Of a DNA stretch of 40,760 nucleotides, positions 24,270 to 36,595 are shown in pieces. A model generated the notes under the pieces. It made no database searches. It was not told the origin of the DNA and saw only the letters and a program-made list of their open reading frames with translations. Positions within the stretch are counted from its first letter, which is position 1. The number at the start of each line of letters is the position of its first letter. Position numbers and translations under genes: made by a program. Origin of the DNA: Chiloscyllium plagiosum (Eukaryota); NCBI RefSeq assembly GCF_004010195.1, contig NC_057758.1, positions 4,590,174-4,630,933 of the forward strand, written 5' to 3'.

Positions 24270-24635
24270 GAGGTGATCTTATCGGGGCATGGACAGGGTT
24301 AATAGGTAACGTCTTCTGCCCAGCTTCACGTTGTCCAAAACTAGAGGGCATAAGTTGAAGTTGAGAGGGGACATTTTTAAAATGGACCCACCGGGCAATG
24401 TTGTATCACAGGGGATGGTGCGTATATTGAATGAGATGCCAGAGGAAGTGGTGGAGGTTGGTACAATTACAACTTTTAAGTTATCTGGATGGGTATAGGG
24501 AAAGGAATGTTTTCGACGGAAATTAGTCAAATTCTGGCAAATGAAACTAAATTAATTTAGGACATATGGTTGAAAGGGATGAGTTGACCAGTGGGTTGTT
24601 ATGCGTAATATATATCGCTGTGACACTATGACTGT
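24270..24635 (+). mobile_element. 5'-truncated CR1 3' end
   Basis: ggggcatggacagggttaat...aaaactagagggcata...gaatgagatgccagaggaagtggtggagg; tail tgacactatgact. Confidence 0.85.
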
Positions 24636-25449
24636 GTACTTCATTATGTTCCTTCGCTGGGCAGAATGGGTCCTCCTGTCTCATTGTAGTGATACTGACT
24701 GGCTGAATGACGTCTTCCTCCCTCTCTGCAGTAGCGCAGTGGGGTGCACTGAAGCAACAACACATGAGGCAGGAGCTGTTGTAGGCCTCTTTACTCCTCC
24801 AACCTGCTGTTCAATTTAGAAAAATCATGGCTGGTCTGCTTGTGGATGAATAACCATTTTCTGTCGATTCGCAATAAATATTGACTCTCCCGTCCACCAA
24901 AGTTCAATCAAGACCAGTCTTGAATATCTTCAATGATCCGATCTTAATTCATTCCTCGAGATGAGCGCACCACAGACAGTCCAACACTAAGGAGAAACGA
25001 ACATCACTATCTCAATCTGGAATGGGGCCCTCTTAATTTTGAAGTGTATTAACCTCACATCAGTTCACCTCCTCTTTTGAGAAATAATAACATAACCAAT
25101 ACGAAAATACATAGACCATTCAGCCGCTCAAACCTATCACATATTGCCTTTGATTCTATTCACTAAGTATTCACACATCTCAGCCTCTACTGCTCCCTTG
25201 GCAAGACATTTCCGTTCCCATAAACCATAGAACTTATGAAATTGCTGCAGAACTTGACCATTTGGCTAATCAAGTCTGATCTGCTATTCGATCATGTCTG
25301 ACAAGTTTCTCAACACAATTCTCCCGTCTTCTCACTTTCAACGTTGAACCCCATATTAATCAATCCGTATCGATCTCTGTTTTAAGGACAGAACTGTGCC
25401 TATGTCTCTGTATGTCTGCATTTGCGTGATTTGATTGTGCATATTGGCA

Positions 25450-26055
25450 AGAGACAGAGCGTAGTCGAGGAGGGCTGTCTTTTGGACTGGAGGTCTGTGA
25501 CCAGCAGCGTTCCACAGTGATTAGTGCTGGGTCCAGTTTTTTTAAATATTATTATCATTTATGTCACTTATCTAGATGAGAATTACAGAAAGCAGAGTTA
25601 GAACGTTGATGGATGGCACCAAGATTAGGTATATAATAGACAGTGAAGGAGGTTATATAAGATTAGAAAGAGATCTTTATCAATTCGTTCAATAAATCAT
25701 AGAGCTGTACTGCATGGAAACAGACCCTTTGTTCCAACTTATCCATGGCAACCAGGTGTCCTAAATTCATTTAGTTTCATTTTCCAGTAATTGTCCCATG
25801 TCCCTCTCAACACTTCATATTCCTATAGTCATCCACACGCCTTTCAAACGTTGTAATTGTACCAGCCTTCACCACCTCCAATGACATCTCATTGTAAGCA
25901 CGCACCAAAATATGCGTCACATGTTCCCTCAGGCCCCTTTTAAATCTTGTCCCTCTCACCTTAAATATATGCCCCATAGTTTTGGATGCCCTTTCTGGAA
26001 AAGACCTTGACTATTAATCCTATCCGTGGTCGTTATGACTTTATAAACCTCCAAA
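25450..26055. mobile_element. CR1 RT fragment (+, 25450-25690) abutting a CR1 3' end (-, 25697-26055)
   Basis: ggaggtctgtgaccagcagcgttccacagtgattagtgctgggtcc ([17 protein letters not shown]), then a tcatagagctgtactgcatggaaacagaccc reverse tail. Confidence 0.8.
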
Positions 26056-26629
26056 ACGTGAAATAAAGAGGAACGGATTGGCTTTCAGTCATACTGGGCA
26101 TAAATTCTGAACTTTAACACTGACACCTCTTCCTTCTTCAACAAACCACAATTCTAATATCATTTTAATCAACGTGCTCAGAGGTAGTGACACTACGAAC
26201 ACTTATCCTCCTGCGTGTTTGTTCATCGGCCTCTTCTGTCATACTGTGATACATATTCGCGAAAGGCTGGAATTGAATCTGGAGCTTCTTGTCTGGAGTG
26301 AGTTTCAATAACACACAATTTCAGGAATTGAAATCGAATACAGAGATCTGGCACAGCGACAAGACCGAAACCATACCCAGAGTTTGGGTCACATTTTAGA
26401 TGTTGCTGCCAGCTCGGTGTGAATTCATTAAAATCTGTTTCACTTTACTGAAATACACAGTTTAAAGCATGACATTGTTGAGAAGATAAAAGGCACTTAT
26501 CCCAACTATCGGATGCTGTGTTCATGTGATCTGCCACCGGGATAAACGTCTTCCCTCTAAAGTGTGACTGCCTTCTTGTTAGGGCATTAAATTATTAACT
26601 TCCAGCCTTTCTTCCCTAGTACGATCTCT

Positions 26630-27275
26630 CACTGGACTGAAGAATGGCAGATAAAGTTTAATTTCGATTAATTCAAGGTATTGCATTTGGATAAAGCAAA
26701 CAAGAAGAGGACATAACGATTAAATGTCGGGACATTGATAGTGCTGTAGACCAGAAGGACACGGGAGCTCACGTACAATTCTTTGAAGTTTGCGTCACGT
26801 GTGGACAGGTTGGTTAAAGAGACTTTGGCTTGCTGTCTTCATTGCTCACACCTTTGAGTACAGGAATTAGGACGTTAGTTTTAGGTTGTATAGGACATTC
26901 GTGAGTTTTCTCTGGGAGTACTGTGTGGAAGTCTTGTCGGTCTGTTGAATTGTGGGTATTACTAATACACTGCGAAGTGTTTAGAAGAGATTTACCTCGA
27001 TGCTGCCGGGAATGGAATGATTGCGTTGTGAGGACTGGCTCGATTGACTGGGTCTTTTCCACTGTAGCGTAGGAAGTTGACAGTTTACAATATAGAGAGT
27101 ATAAACATTGATGTGTGGATAACATTGAATGGCAGGTGTTTTTCGTTAGTTTGGGAGATTTTAAGACTGGGATGACAGTTTTCAGGTGTGGGCTTCCAAT
27201 TAAATCTGTTGGACTATAATCTGGTGTTGCGTGATTTTTAAAGTTTTAAGATGAGAGGAGAAAGTTTTACAGAAG
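26630..27275 (+). mobile_element. Decayed CR1 ORF2 C-terminal fragment with a small Penelope-terminus piece at ~27192-27240
   Basis: gaagaatggcagataaagtttaat (EWQMxFN), ggagtactgtgtg (EYCV); cttccaattaaatctgttggactataatctggtgttgcgtgatttt matches 2890-2938. Confidence 0.8.
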
Positions 27276-27282
27276 ACATAAA

Positions 27283-28574
27283 GTCATAGAGATGTACAGC
27301 ATGGAAACAAACCCTTTGGTCGAACTCGCACCTGTGAACGAGATATCCTAAATGTATGTAGTTGTATTTGCCAGCATTTGGCCCATATCTCTCTAAACCG
27401 GTCGTATTCATGTTTCCAAACAGATGCCTTTTAAATGTAATTATATCAGCCTTCCTCGGGCAGCTCCTTAAATACGCACTACTCACTTGGTGAAAAAGTT
27501 GCCCCTTAGATCATTTTTGTGTCTTCACTCTCACACGTTAAAACTATGCCATGTAGTTTTGGAATGTGCTATCCTAGGGAAAAGATCTTGGCTACTCACT
27601 GTATCCATCACACTCATGACTTTATAAATCTTTGAAGTCACCTCCCTCCAGCTGATGCTACAGTGAAAATATCTCCAGCTTTTCAGACTATCCATAAATT
27701 CAAACCCTCCAACCCTGACAACATCTTTGGAAATCTTTTCTGAACCCTTTCACGTTTCACAACATGCTTCATCTATAAGCGAGTCATAAATTGTAGAAAG
27801 TAATCAAAACTGGCTTAACCAATGTCCTGTACAGCTGTAATATTCTATATTCAAAGCACTGAATAATTAAGGCAAGCATATTAAACACTTTCGTCACTAC
27901 CATATATAACTGCGAGTCCACCTGTAAGAGACTGTGAACCTGAACTCCAATGTCTCTTTCTTTATCAATACTCCCCAGAGACTTAGTATTAAGTGCATAA
28001 GTCCTGCTCTAACATTCCTTACCAAAATGCAGCACTTCACATTTATGTAAATTAATCTCTATCTGTCCCTCTTCACTCATTAGCCCATCTTTTCAGAATC
28101 CCGTTGTATTCTGAGATAACCAATCACTCTTTCCACTGCACCTCCAATTTTGATGTCATGTGGCAACCTACGAACTATGACTCCTACGTTCAAATCCAAA
28201 TCGTGTTTACATATGACAAACAGCAGTCGATTCAGCTTTGATCTTTGTGGCACATCACTGGTCACAGGACTCCTGTCTGAAAAGCAAACCTCCACCAACA
28301 CAATCTGTCTTTTACGTTCGACCCAATTCTCTTTCCAAATGGCTCGTTCTCCATGTATTTCATGAAACGTAACCTTGTTAAGCAGTCTGCCATGAGGAAC
28401 TTTTCTGAACGTATTACTGAAGTCATATCCAATGCTGTGCCCTCATGAATCCTTTTCGCGACTTCTTTAAAAAATTAATCAAGTTAGATGATTAATTTCC
28501 CACCCACAAAGACATGTTGATTATCCCAATTCAGTCCTTGCCTTTCCAAAAACATGTAAACACTGTGTTTCAGT
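27283..28574 (-). mobile_element. CR1 3' end plus RT region, cut by the gap
   Basis: agtcatagagatgtacagcatggaaac tail; minus ORF VEVCFSDRSPVTSDVPQRSKL..LLFVI...DIKIGG. Confidence 0.9.
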
Positions 28575-29074
28575 NNNNNNNNNNNNNNNNNNNNNNNNNN
28601 NNNNNNNNNNNNNNNNNNNNNNNNNNNNNNNNNNNNNNNNNNNNNNNNNNNNNNNNNNNNNNNNNNNNNNNNNNNNNNNNNNNNNNNNNNNNNNNNNNNN
28701 NNNNNNNNNNNNNNNNNNNNNNNNNNNNNNNNNNNNNNNNNNNNNNNNNNNNNNNNNNNNNNNNNNNNNNNNNNNNNNNNNNNNNNNNNNNNNNNNNNNN
28801 NNNNNNNNNNNNNNNNNNNNNNNNNNNNNNNNNNNNNNNNNNNNNNNNNNNNNNNNNNNNNNNNNNNNNNNNNNNNNNNNNNNNNNNNNNNNNNNNNNNN
28901 NNNNNNNNNNNNNNNNNNNNNNNNNNNNNNNNNNNNNNNNNNNNNNNNNNNNNNNNNNNNNNNNNNNNNNNNNNNNNNNNNNNNNNNNNNNNNNNNNNNN
29001 NNNNNNNNNNNNNNNNNNNNNNNNNNNNNNNNNNNNNNNNNNNNNNNNNNNNNNNNNNNNNNNNNNNNNNNNNN

Positions 29075-29960
29075 CTGTGCTCTTTACAGGACGAGATCTA
29101 GGAGGGAGCCTCCGTGCTCCCTTCCTGGGAGGTGGTGGTAGCGATGTGATGGGAGCCGAGCCTCTTGCCCTCTGAGACCGTGGGGATTCCATTTGTACCA
29201 GCTCGACATAAAAGGGTGATGTCAACAGGGAAAGGGCTTCTAAGTTGTGCCGGGGGAAACGGAACTGACGGGGGATTTAAAGTGAGAATTGCCCTTCACT
29301 AAACATTGATCCTTACTCGGTTGTTGGGATGTGGATGGTTCAAAATCTCCACACGAGGTGTCCCAGTCCTCTCTGGCTCGTACCAGGGTCCTCCCCACAT
29401 GGCGGGGAGAGGGCAGTGAGGGAACGGATATCGGGCACTCCACCAACGAACTTGGCCCTTTCTGTCCTAATGCTGGTCCAGGTGGGGAGGGGGCACATGG
29501 TGAAGTGTGCCCAGCGGGAGTCAGTGCACAGTGTTGTATCCATGCAGTGTTATAAGTGTGCGGGTGTAGTGGAGGGGGATAGAGAGGGGAAGAGAGAGAG
29601 AGAGTTAGAGAGCAAGAGAGAGAGAAGGTGCTGCATACAGGCGTGAGAGTGGTGGAGCATGAACCTTGTTCGGGGTAGGTGCTATAACAGATATACAGTG
29701 AGTGTGAGAGAGCACAGGTTATACGGTGACCCTTATCCTAACAGAGCGGGGAGGTTTATTGATGTTTGTCCTGTATGGCTGGACATTTTTCAGACGGCAG
29801 AAACTGCACTGAGCTGGGAGGTGAGTTCCGACCATGCTCGGTGCTTCTGGCGTTGTGGCCCCCTCTGGGAATAAAATTGTCCTCCTCTGTACCAGCCCAT
29901 CCGTCAGAGCCTCCATGCCCCTGTCGACAATTGGCGGTGCAATTGCTACTTATCTGCCAT
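29075..29960 (-). pseudogene. Decayed Myb/SANT-like (Harbinger-type) gene, diverged copy C (exon 1 ~29960-29737, exon 2 ~29480-29317)
   Basis: MADK*.IAPPIVDRGMEALTDGLVQRRTILFP...RAWSELTSQLSAVSAV*.NVQPYRTNINKPPRSVR; exon 2 RTERAKFVGGVPDIRSLT...EDWDTSCGD with canonical CCGA|GTAAGG donor; KxxGG recalls the KTGGG motif that follows this domain. Confidence 0.7.
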
Positions 29961-30644
29961 GCTTGGTGTAAACTATGCAGGTCAGCTCCAGCCCGTGTGC
30001 CCATTGGCCTTTAAAGATGGCACCAGTGCCAGGGATCACGGAATATCCATGGGCACCCGGGTGATGGTGAGCACCTCCAGCCATGATGGGTGGGAGAATC
30101 GGGCTGGTATTGAATGAGAGGGACACCATGGAGAGGAGTGGGTAGTTAATGAGTTGAGTTCGATAAGATAACACCAGGAAACTAGTTCAGCCTCGTGCAG
30201 ACAATCCGTCTGTCGCACTCAATGAGAATGGCACTGAGACACATTATTGTGAGAAATCTGCAGAACCAATGTACATCCAAGACCGTCCATCATCAGAACA
30301 CACACCAATATGCCATTCAGCCATCTTTCCTGGAAATACTGGCTCATGTGCAGGATGCAATTGAATTGTCTTCATCTAAACATTCTGAAACTTGTGATCA
30401 CATCCTTCCACGACATGTCTTTCGATATTCCCCTCTCGAGATATACACCAAACCCTTCCCATGTGGTGATATTTAAACTGAACGTTCAGCCAGTTCTCGC
30501 TGGCAGTGATTTTCACAGCAACCCTTTATCATGGCACAATGGAGATATGGAGCTGCAAATGGATGGGAGTTGCACATCCTGTCACTTCCAGCATGAGTTA
30601 GAAGTTTTCCAATGCTCGGACGCGATCTAGCACAGTATTAAAGA

Positions 30645-33600
30645 GCAATGCACTGGAGTGATGTACACAGCTCGACAAGTTTACAGATTAATTAACAGAT
30701 GACCACCGCATAGCTGTCTCTGCTGGTAAGACTATCTGACTGCGTTTTAAAAATCAATGCCCTGCTCTGGTTTTCACAGCTCCCCGTGTTAGCCAGAGTT
30801 TACAGATTAATTAACAGATGACCACCGCATAGCTGTCTCTGCTGGTAAGACTATCTGACTGCGTTTTAAAAATCAATGCCCTGCTCTGGTTTTCACAGCT
30901 CCCCGTGTTAGCCAGATATCTAGTGCGGGTTTATGGATCAATTCCATGCTGTGGTCTGTCTAGCTCCCCGTGATGGACAGATGTCTCGTCCGGGATGATT
31001 GATCAATGCACTGTTGTGGTCTGCACAGCCTCCTGTGGTGGTCAGATATCTGGTCCAGGTTTATAGATCAATGCACTTCTATGGTCTGCACAGATCCCAT
31101 GCTGGCCAGATATCTAGTGCGGATTAATAGATCAATGCACTGCTGTGGTCGGCACAGCTCTCGTTGCGGGACCGATATCTAGTCCGTGTTTGCAGATTAA
31201 TTCAATGCTACAGTCTGCGTGGCTCCCTGTGCTGGACAGATAGCTAGTCCGGGATGATAGATATATGCACTGTCCTTGTCTCCATAGCTCCCTGTGGTAG
31301 ACAGATATCTAGTCCGGGTTTATAGATCCATACACTGCTGTGATCTGCATAGCTCCCGGTGCTGGTCAGATTTCTAGTCCGGTTTTACAGATCAATACAT
31401 TGCTGTGGTCTGCACAGCTTCCGGTACTGGACAGATAAATAATCCGGGTTTACAAATCAATGCACTGTTGTGATCTGCGAAGATCTCCGTGCCAGACAGA
31501 TATCTGATCCGCCTTTATAGGTCAGTGCACTGCTGTGGTCTGCACAGCCCTCGGTGCTCGACAGATATCTAGTCCCTATTTATAAATCAATGCACTGCTT
31601 CGGTCTACGCAGCTCCCCGTGCTGGACAGATATCTCATCCGCGTTTATAAATCAATGCACTGCAGTAGTCTGCATAGTTCCCGGTGTTGGACAGATATGT
31701 CGTCCGGGTATATAAATCAATACATTGCTCTGATCTGCGCAGCTCCCAGATATCTTTCCCCGGTTTATAGATTAATACACTGCTGTAGTGTGCACAGCTC
31801 CCAGTGCTGGCCAGATATCTGATGCGAACTTATAGATCAATGCATTGCTGTGTTCTGCAAAGATCGCCATGCTGCCCAGATATCTATTGCGGGTTTACAG
31901 ATCAATGCACCGCTGTGGTTTGCTCAGCTCCCGGTGCGGGACAGATCTCTAGTCCGAGTTTATCGATCAATTCAATACTGCGGTCGGCATTGCTCCCTTT
32001 CTGGACAGATAGCCACTCCAGGATGATAGATCAATGCACTGCCGTGGTCTGCATAGCTCCCTGTGGTGGACAGATATCGAGCCCGGGTTTACAGATCCAG
32101 ACTCTGCTGTGATCTGCATAGATCCCGGTGCTGGTCAGATATCTTACCCGGGGATATAGATCAATGCACTGCTGCGATGTGCACAGCTCCCTGTGGTGGA
32201 CAGATATCTAGACCGGGTTTATGAATAAATGGACCGCTGTGATCTGCTCAGAGTCCGGTGCTGGACACATATCTATTCCGGGGTTAGAGAACAATGCACT
32301 GCTGTGGTCGGCAAGGGTCTCAGTGCTAGACAGATATCGAGTCCTGGTTGATAGATCAATGGAGTGCTGTCGTCTGCTCAGCTCCCAGTTCGGGACAGCT
32401 ATCTAGTGCGGGTTTATAGATCAATGCACTGCTCTGGTCTGCACAGTTTCCAGTGATATAGAGATATCTAGCCCAGGTAGATGCACTGCTGTGTTCTCAA
32501 CAGCTCCCGTGCTGGACAGTTATCTTGTCCGGGTTTATGAATCAAAGCACTGTTGTGATCTGCACAGCTCCACGTGCTGGACACATATCTAGTCCAGGTT
32601 TGTAGATCAATGCACTGCTGTGGTCTGCACAGCTCCCCGTGCTGGGCAGATGTCTAGGCCGGTGTTATAGATCAATGCACTGCTGTGGTCTGCTCAGCTC
32701 CCTGTCCTGGACAGCTAACTACTGTGGGTTTATAGATCAATGTTCTGCTCGGGTCGGCACAGCTCCCGTTGCGGTACAGGTATCTAGTCCTGGTTTATAT
32801 ATCAATTCAATGGTGTGATCTGCATAGCTCCCTGTGGTAGACAGATATCTAGTACTGGTATATACATCAATGCACCGCTGTGATCTGCATTGCTCCTTGT
32901 GCTGGATATATATCTAGTCCAGGTTAATATATAAATACAGTGCTGTGGTCTGCATAGCTCCCCGTGCTGGACCGATATCTAGTCCGGGTTTACAGATCAA
33001 TACACTGCTGTGGTCTGCCCAGCTCCCGGTGCTGGACAGATATCTCGTCCGTGTTGATATTTTAATGCACTGTTGAGAGCTGCACAGCGCCCTCTGCTGG
33101 ATAGATATCTCGCCCATGTTTCCAGAAGAATGCATTTCTGTGTTCTGCACAGCTCCAGGTAATGGATAGATATCTAATCCGGGTTTATATATCAATTCAA
33201 TGGTGTGGTCTGCCGAGCTTCCCGTGCTGGACAGATATCCGGGGTTTTTGATCCATGCACTGCTGTGGTGTGCACAGCTCCCTGTGGTGGACAGATATTT
33301 AGTCCAGGTTTATAGATCAATGCCATGCTGTGGTTTGCATAGCTCCCTGTGGACGACAGATATCTAGTCCAGGTTTATTAATTAATGTACTGCTGTTGTC
33401 TGCACAACTCCCAGTGCTTCATAGATATCTCGTCCTGGTGAATAGATCTATACAATGCTGTGATCGGCATAGCTTCCGGTGCTGGATAGAAATCTAGTCC
33501 GGGTTTATAGATCAATGCACTGCTGTGGTCTGCACAGCTCCTGGTGCTGGACAGATATCTCGTCCCGGTTTATATATCATTGCACTGCTATGGTCTGCAC

Positions 33601-36152
33601 AGCCTCCGGTGCTGGACTGTTATCTCATCCGGGTTTATATATCACTGCACTGCTATTGTCTGCACAGCTCCCGGTGAAAGCTTGTCCCCGTATCTAAATC
33701 AATGCACTGTTGTGTTCTGAACAGCTCCCGTGCTGGACAGATATCTTGTCCGGGTTTATGAATCAAAGCACTGTTGTGATCTGCACAGCTCCCCGTGCTG
33801 GACAGATATCCAGTCCAGGTTTGTCGATCGATGCACTGCTGTGGTCTGCACAGCTCCCCGTGCTGGGCAGATATCTAGGCCGGTGTTATAGATCAATGCA
33901 CTGCTGTGGTCTGCTCTGCTCCCTGTCCTGGACAGCTAACTACTGCGGGTTTATAGATCAATGCACTGCTTTGGTCTGCACAGCCCTCGGTGCTCGACAG
34001 ATATCTCATCCCTATTTATAAATCAATGTACTGCTTTGGTCTGCGCAGCTCCCCTTGCTGGACAGATATCTCGTCAGAGATTATAGTTTAGTGTATCGCT
34101 GTAGTCTGTATAGCCGCTGGTGCTGGATAGATGTCGAATACTGGTTTATGCATCAATTCACTGCTGTGGTCTGCATGGCTCCTTGAGCTGGACAGATATC
34201 TAGTCCAGGTTAATAGATCAATGCACTGCTGTGGTCTGCATAGCTCCTGGTGCTGGACAGATATCCAGTCCTGGTAGAAAAAAAACAATGCACTGTTGTG
34301 ATATGGACAGCTCCCCGTGCTGGACAGATAGCCCGTCCGGGTGTATAGATTAATGCACTGCTGCGGTCCATACAGCTCCCCGTGTTGGGTAATTTTCTCG
34401 TTCTGGTTTATAGATTAATTAACTGCTGTTCTCTGTGGAGCCCATGTTGCTGGACAGATATCTAATACGGGTTTATAAATCAATGCACTGCTGGGATCTG
34501 CATGGCACTTTGTGCTGGACAGATATCGAGTCCAGGTTTATAGATCAGTGCACTGCTGTCGTCTGCACAGCTTCTCGTGCTACACAAATATCCAGTCCAC
34601 CTTTATAAATCCATGCACTGCTTGTGCTGGACAGATATCGAGTCCAGGTTTATAGATCAATGCAAAGTTGTGGTCTGCACAGCTTCTCGTGCTACACAAA
34701 TATCCAGTCCACCTTTATAAATCCATGCACTGCTTTGGTCTGCAAAGCTCCCGGTAGCGGACAGACATTATTTCCGGGTTTATAGTTCAATTCAGCGCCG
34801 TCGTCTGCACAGCTACCGGTGCTGGACAGACATTTTTTCCGGGTTTTCTATCAATGCAATTCTATATTCCGCACAGCTCCCGGTGCTGGACAGATATCTA
34901 GTCCGGGTTTTTACATCAATGCACAGCTGTGGTCTGCACCGCTCCCCGTGCTGGTCAGACATCTTGTCCAGCTTTATAGATCAATGCACTGCTGCCATCT
35001 GCACAGCTCCCCGTGCTGTACTGATATCTCGTCCTGGTTTATAAATCATTGCACTGCTTTGGTCTGCACAGCTCCCCATGCTGGATAGATATCAAGTCCG
35101 GGTTTATATGAGAATGCTTTTCTGAGGTCTGCACAGCTCCCGGTTCTGGACAGATCAACGCACTGCTGTAGTCTGCACAGCTCCCTGTTGTGGACAGATA
35201 TCTAGTCCGTGTTATAGATCAATGCAATGCTGTGGTCTGCATAGCTCGCACTGCTGGATAGATATCTAGACCGGGTTTATAGATCAATGCACCTCTGTGA
35301 TTTGCATAGCTCTAGGTGCTGGGCAAATGTCTAGTCCGAGTTTATGAATCAATGCCCTGCTGCAGCCTGTGGTGGACAGATATCTAGTCCGGGTTTATAG
35401 AACAATGCAATGGTTTGCTCGACATAGCTCCCCTTGCTGGATACATATGTGGTCCGGTTTTATAGATCAATGCACTGTTGTGATCTGCACAGCTCCCGGG
35501 GCTGGACAGATATCTAGTCCGGGATTATAGATCAATGCAATTTTGTGGTCGGCACAGCTCTCGGTCCTGGACAACTATCTACTGCGTGGTTATAGATCAA
35601 TGCACTGGTCTGGTCAGCATAGCTCTCGTTGCGGTACAGATATCTAGACCGGGTTTATATATCAATTCAATGCTATGGTCTGCTGAGCTCCCCGTGCTGG
35701 ACAGATATCTCGTGGGAATGATAGATCAATACACTGCTGTGATCTGCATTGCTCCTTGTGCTGGACAGATACCTAGTCCAGGTTAATAGATCTTTGCACT
35801 GCTGTAGTCTGCATAATTCCTGTGCTGGACACATATCTATTCCGGCTTTACAAATCAACGACTGCTGTGGTTGGCTCTGCTTTCGGTGCTGGACAGATAT
35901 CTAGTCCATGTTTGTATATCTATGCACTGGTGTGGGCTGACAGCTCCCTGTGCTGGACAGATATGCAATCCGGGTTTATAGAACAATGCACTGCTGTGGT
36001 CTGCACAGTTCCGGGTGGTGGATGGATATCTAGTCCCGGTATATAAATCAATGCACTGTTATGATCTGCACAGCGACCCGTGCTGGATCGTAATCTCGTC
36101 TGAGTTTATATATGAATGTACTTCTGTGGTCTGCTCAGCTCCCGGTGCAGGA
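30645..36152 (+). repeat. 65-bp tandem satellite, roughly 80 diverged copies
   Basis: Consensus by eye GCTGGACAGATATCTAGTCCGGGTTTATAGATCAATGCACTGCTGTGGTCTGCACAGCTCCCCGT; period 65 (e.g. 31621 to 31686). Confidence 0.98.
30678..30915 (+). repeat. Apparently exact 119-bp tandem duplication at the left edge of the satellite
   Basis: agtttacagattaattaacagatg...gttagccag at 30678 and 30797. Confidence 0.95.
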
Positions 36153-36595
36153 CCACTGCCCACAAACATCTTCCTTTGTGCTCTGAAAGACCCCGACCAA
36201 TGGGGAGGGTACACCTGATTCCCATTCAGCTCAAATAATGAGGTGGCCCCGATGATATCCTCAGTTAAAGACTGTCTTGATATCAAGGCCATTCTCTCTT
36301 TCCTGAGCCCTGTGTTCACTTCTTGTTCTTACCAACAGGTGACGGTGTCTGTTAGAGATTGTTTTCATCTCACGAAAGGGAATCAATGTCAGGAAACATC
36401 TGGGCGAGAGAGTTAGGGGAGCTACATCACTGAAAGTATTCCAAGAGGCGGTAGATGGATTTTTGACCTGTAAGAGAGCTGAAGGGTGTGAAGAATGGTG
36501 CATTAAAGAGGAGCTAATACTAACAGTAGATCAGCCATGATCGCATACAATGGCTTGACCGTCCGAGTTACCTGATCCTCTTTCTTATGTTCTCA
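36153..36595. mobile_element. Ancient LINE RT fragment (-) followed by a CR1 3' end (+)
   Basis: Minus-strand GLDIKTVFN (LDxxxAFD-like) at ~36260-36295; tagatcagccatgatc...ttcttatgttct tail at 36527-36595. Confidence 0.65.

Noticed and set aside
30645..36152. CRISPR-like array or Cys-rich repeat protein (many short ORFs in the track)
   Set aside because: Monomers are contiguous with no unique spacers and no cas genes, in a vertebrate context; the 65-bp period rotates frame and the consensus contains stops.
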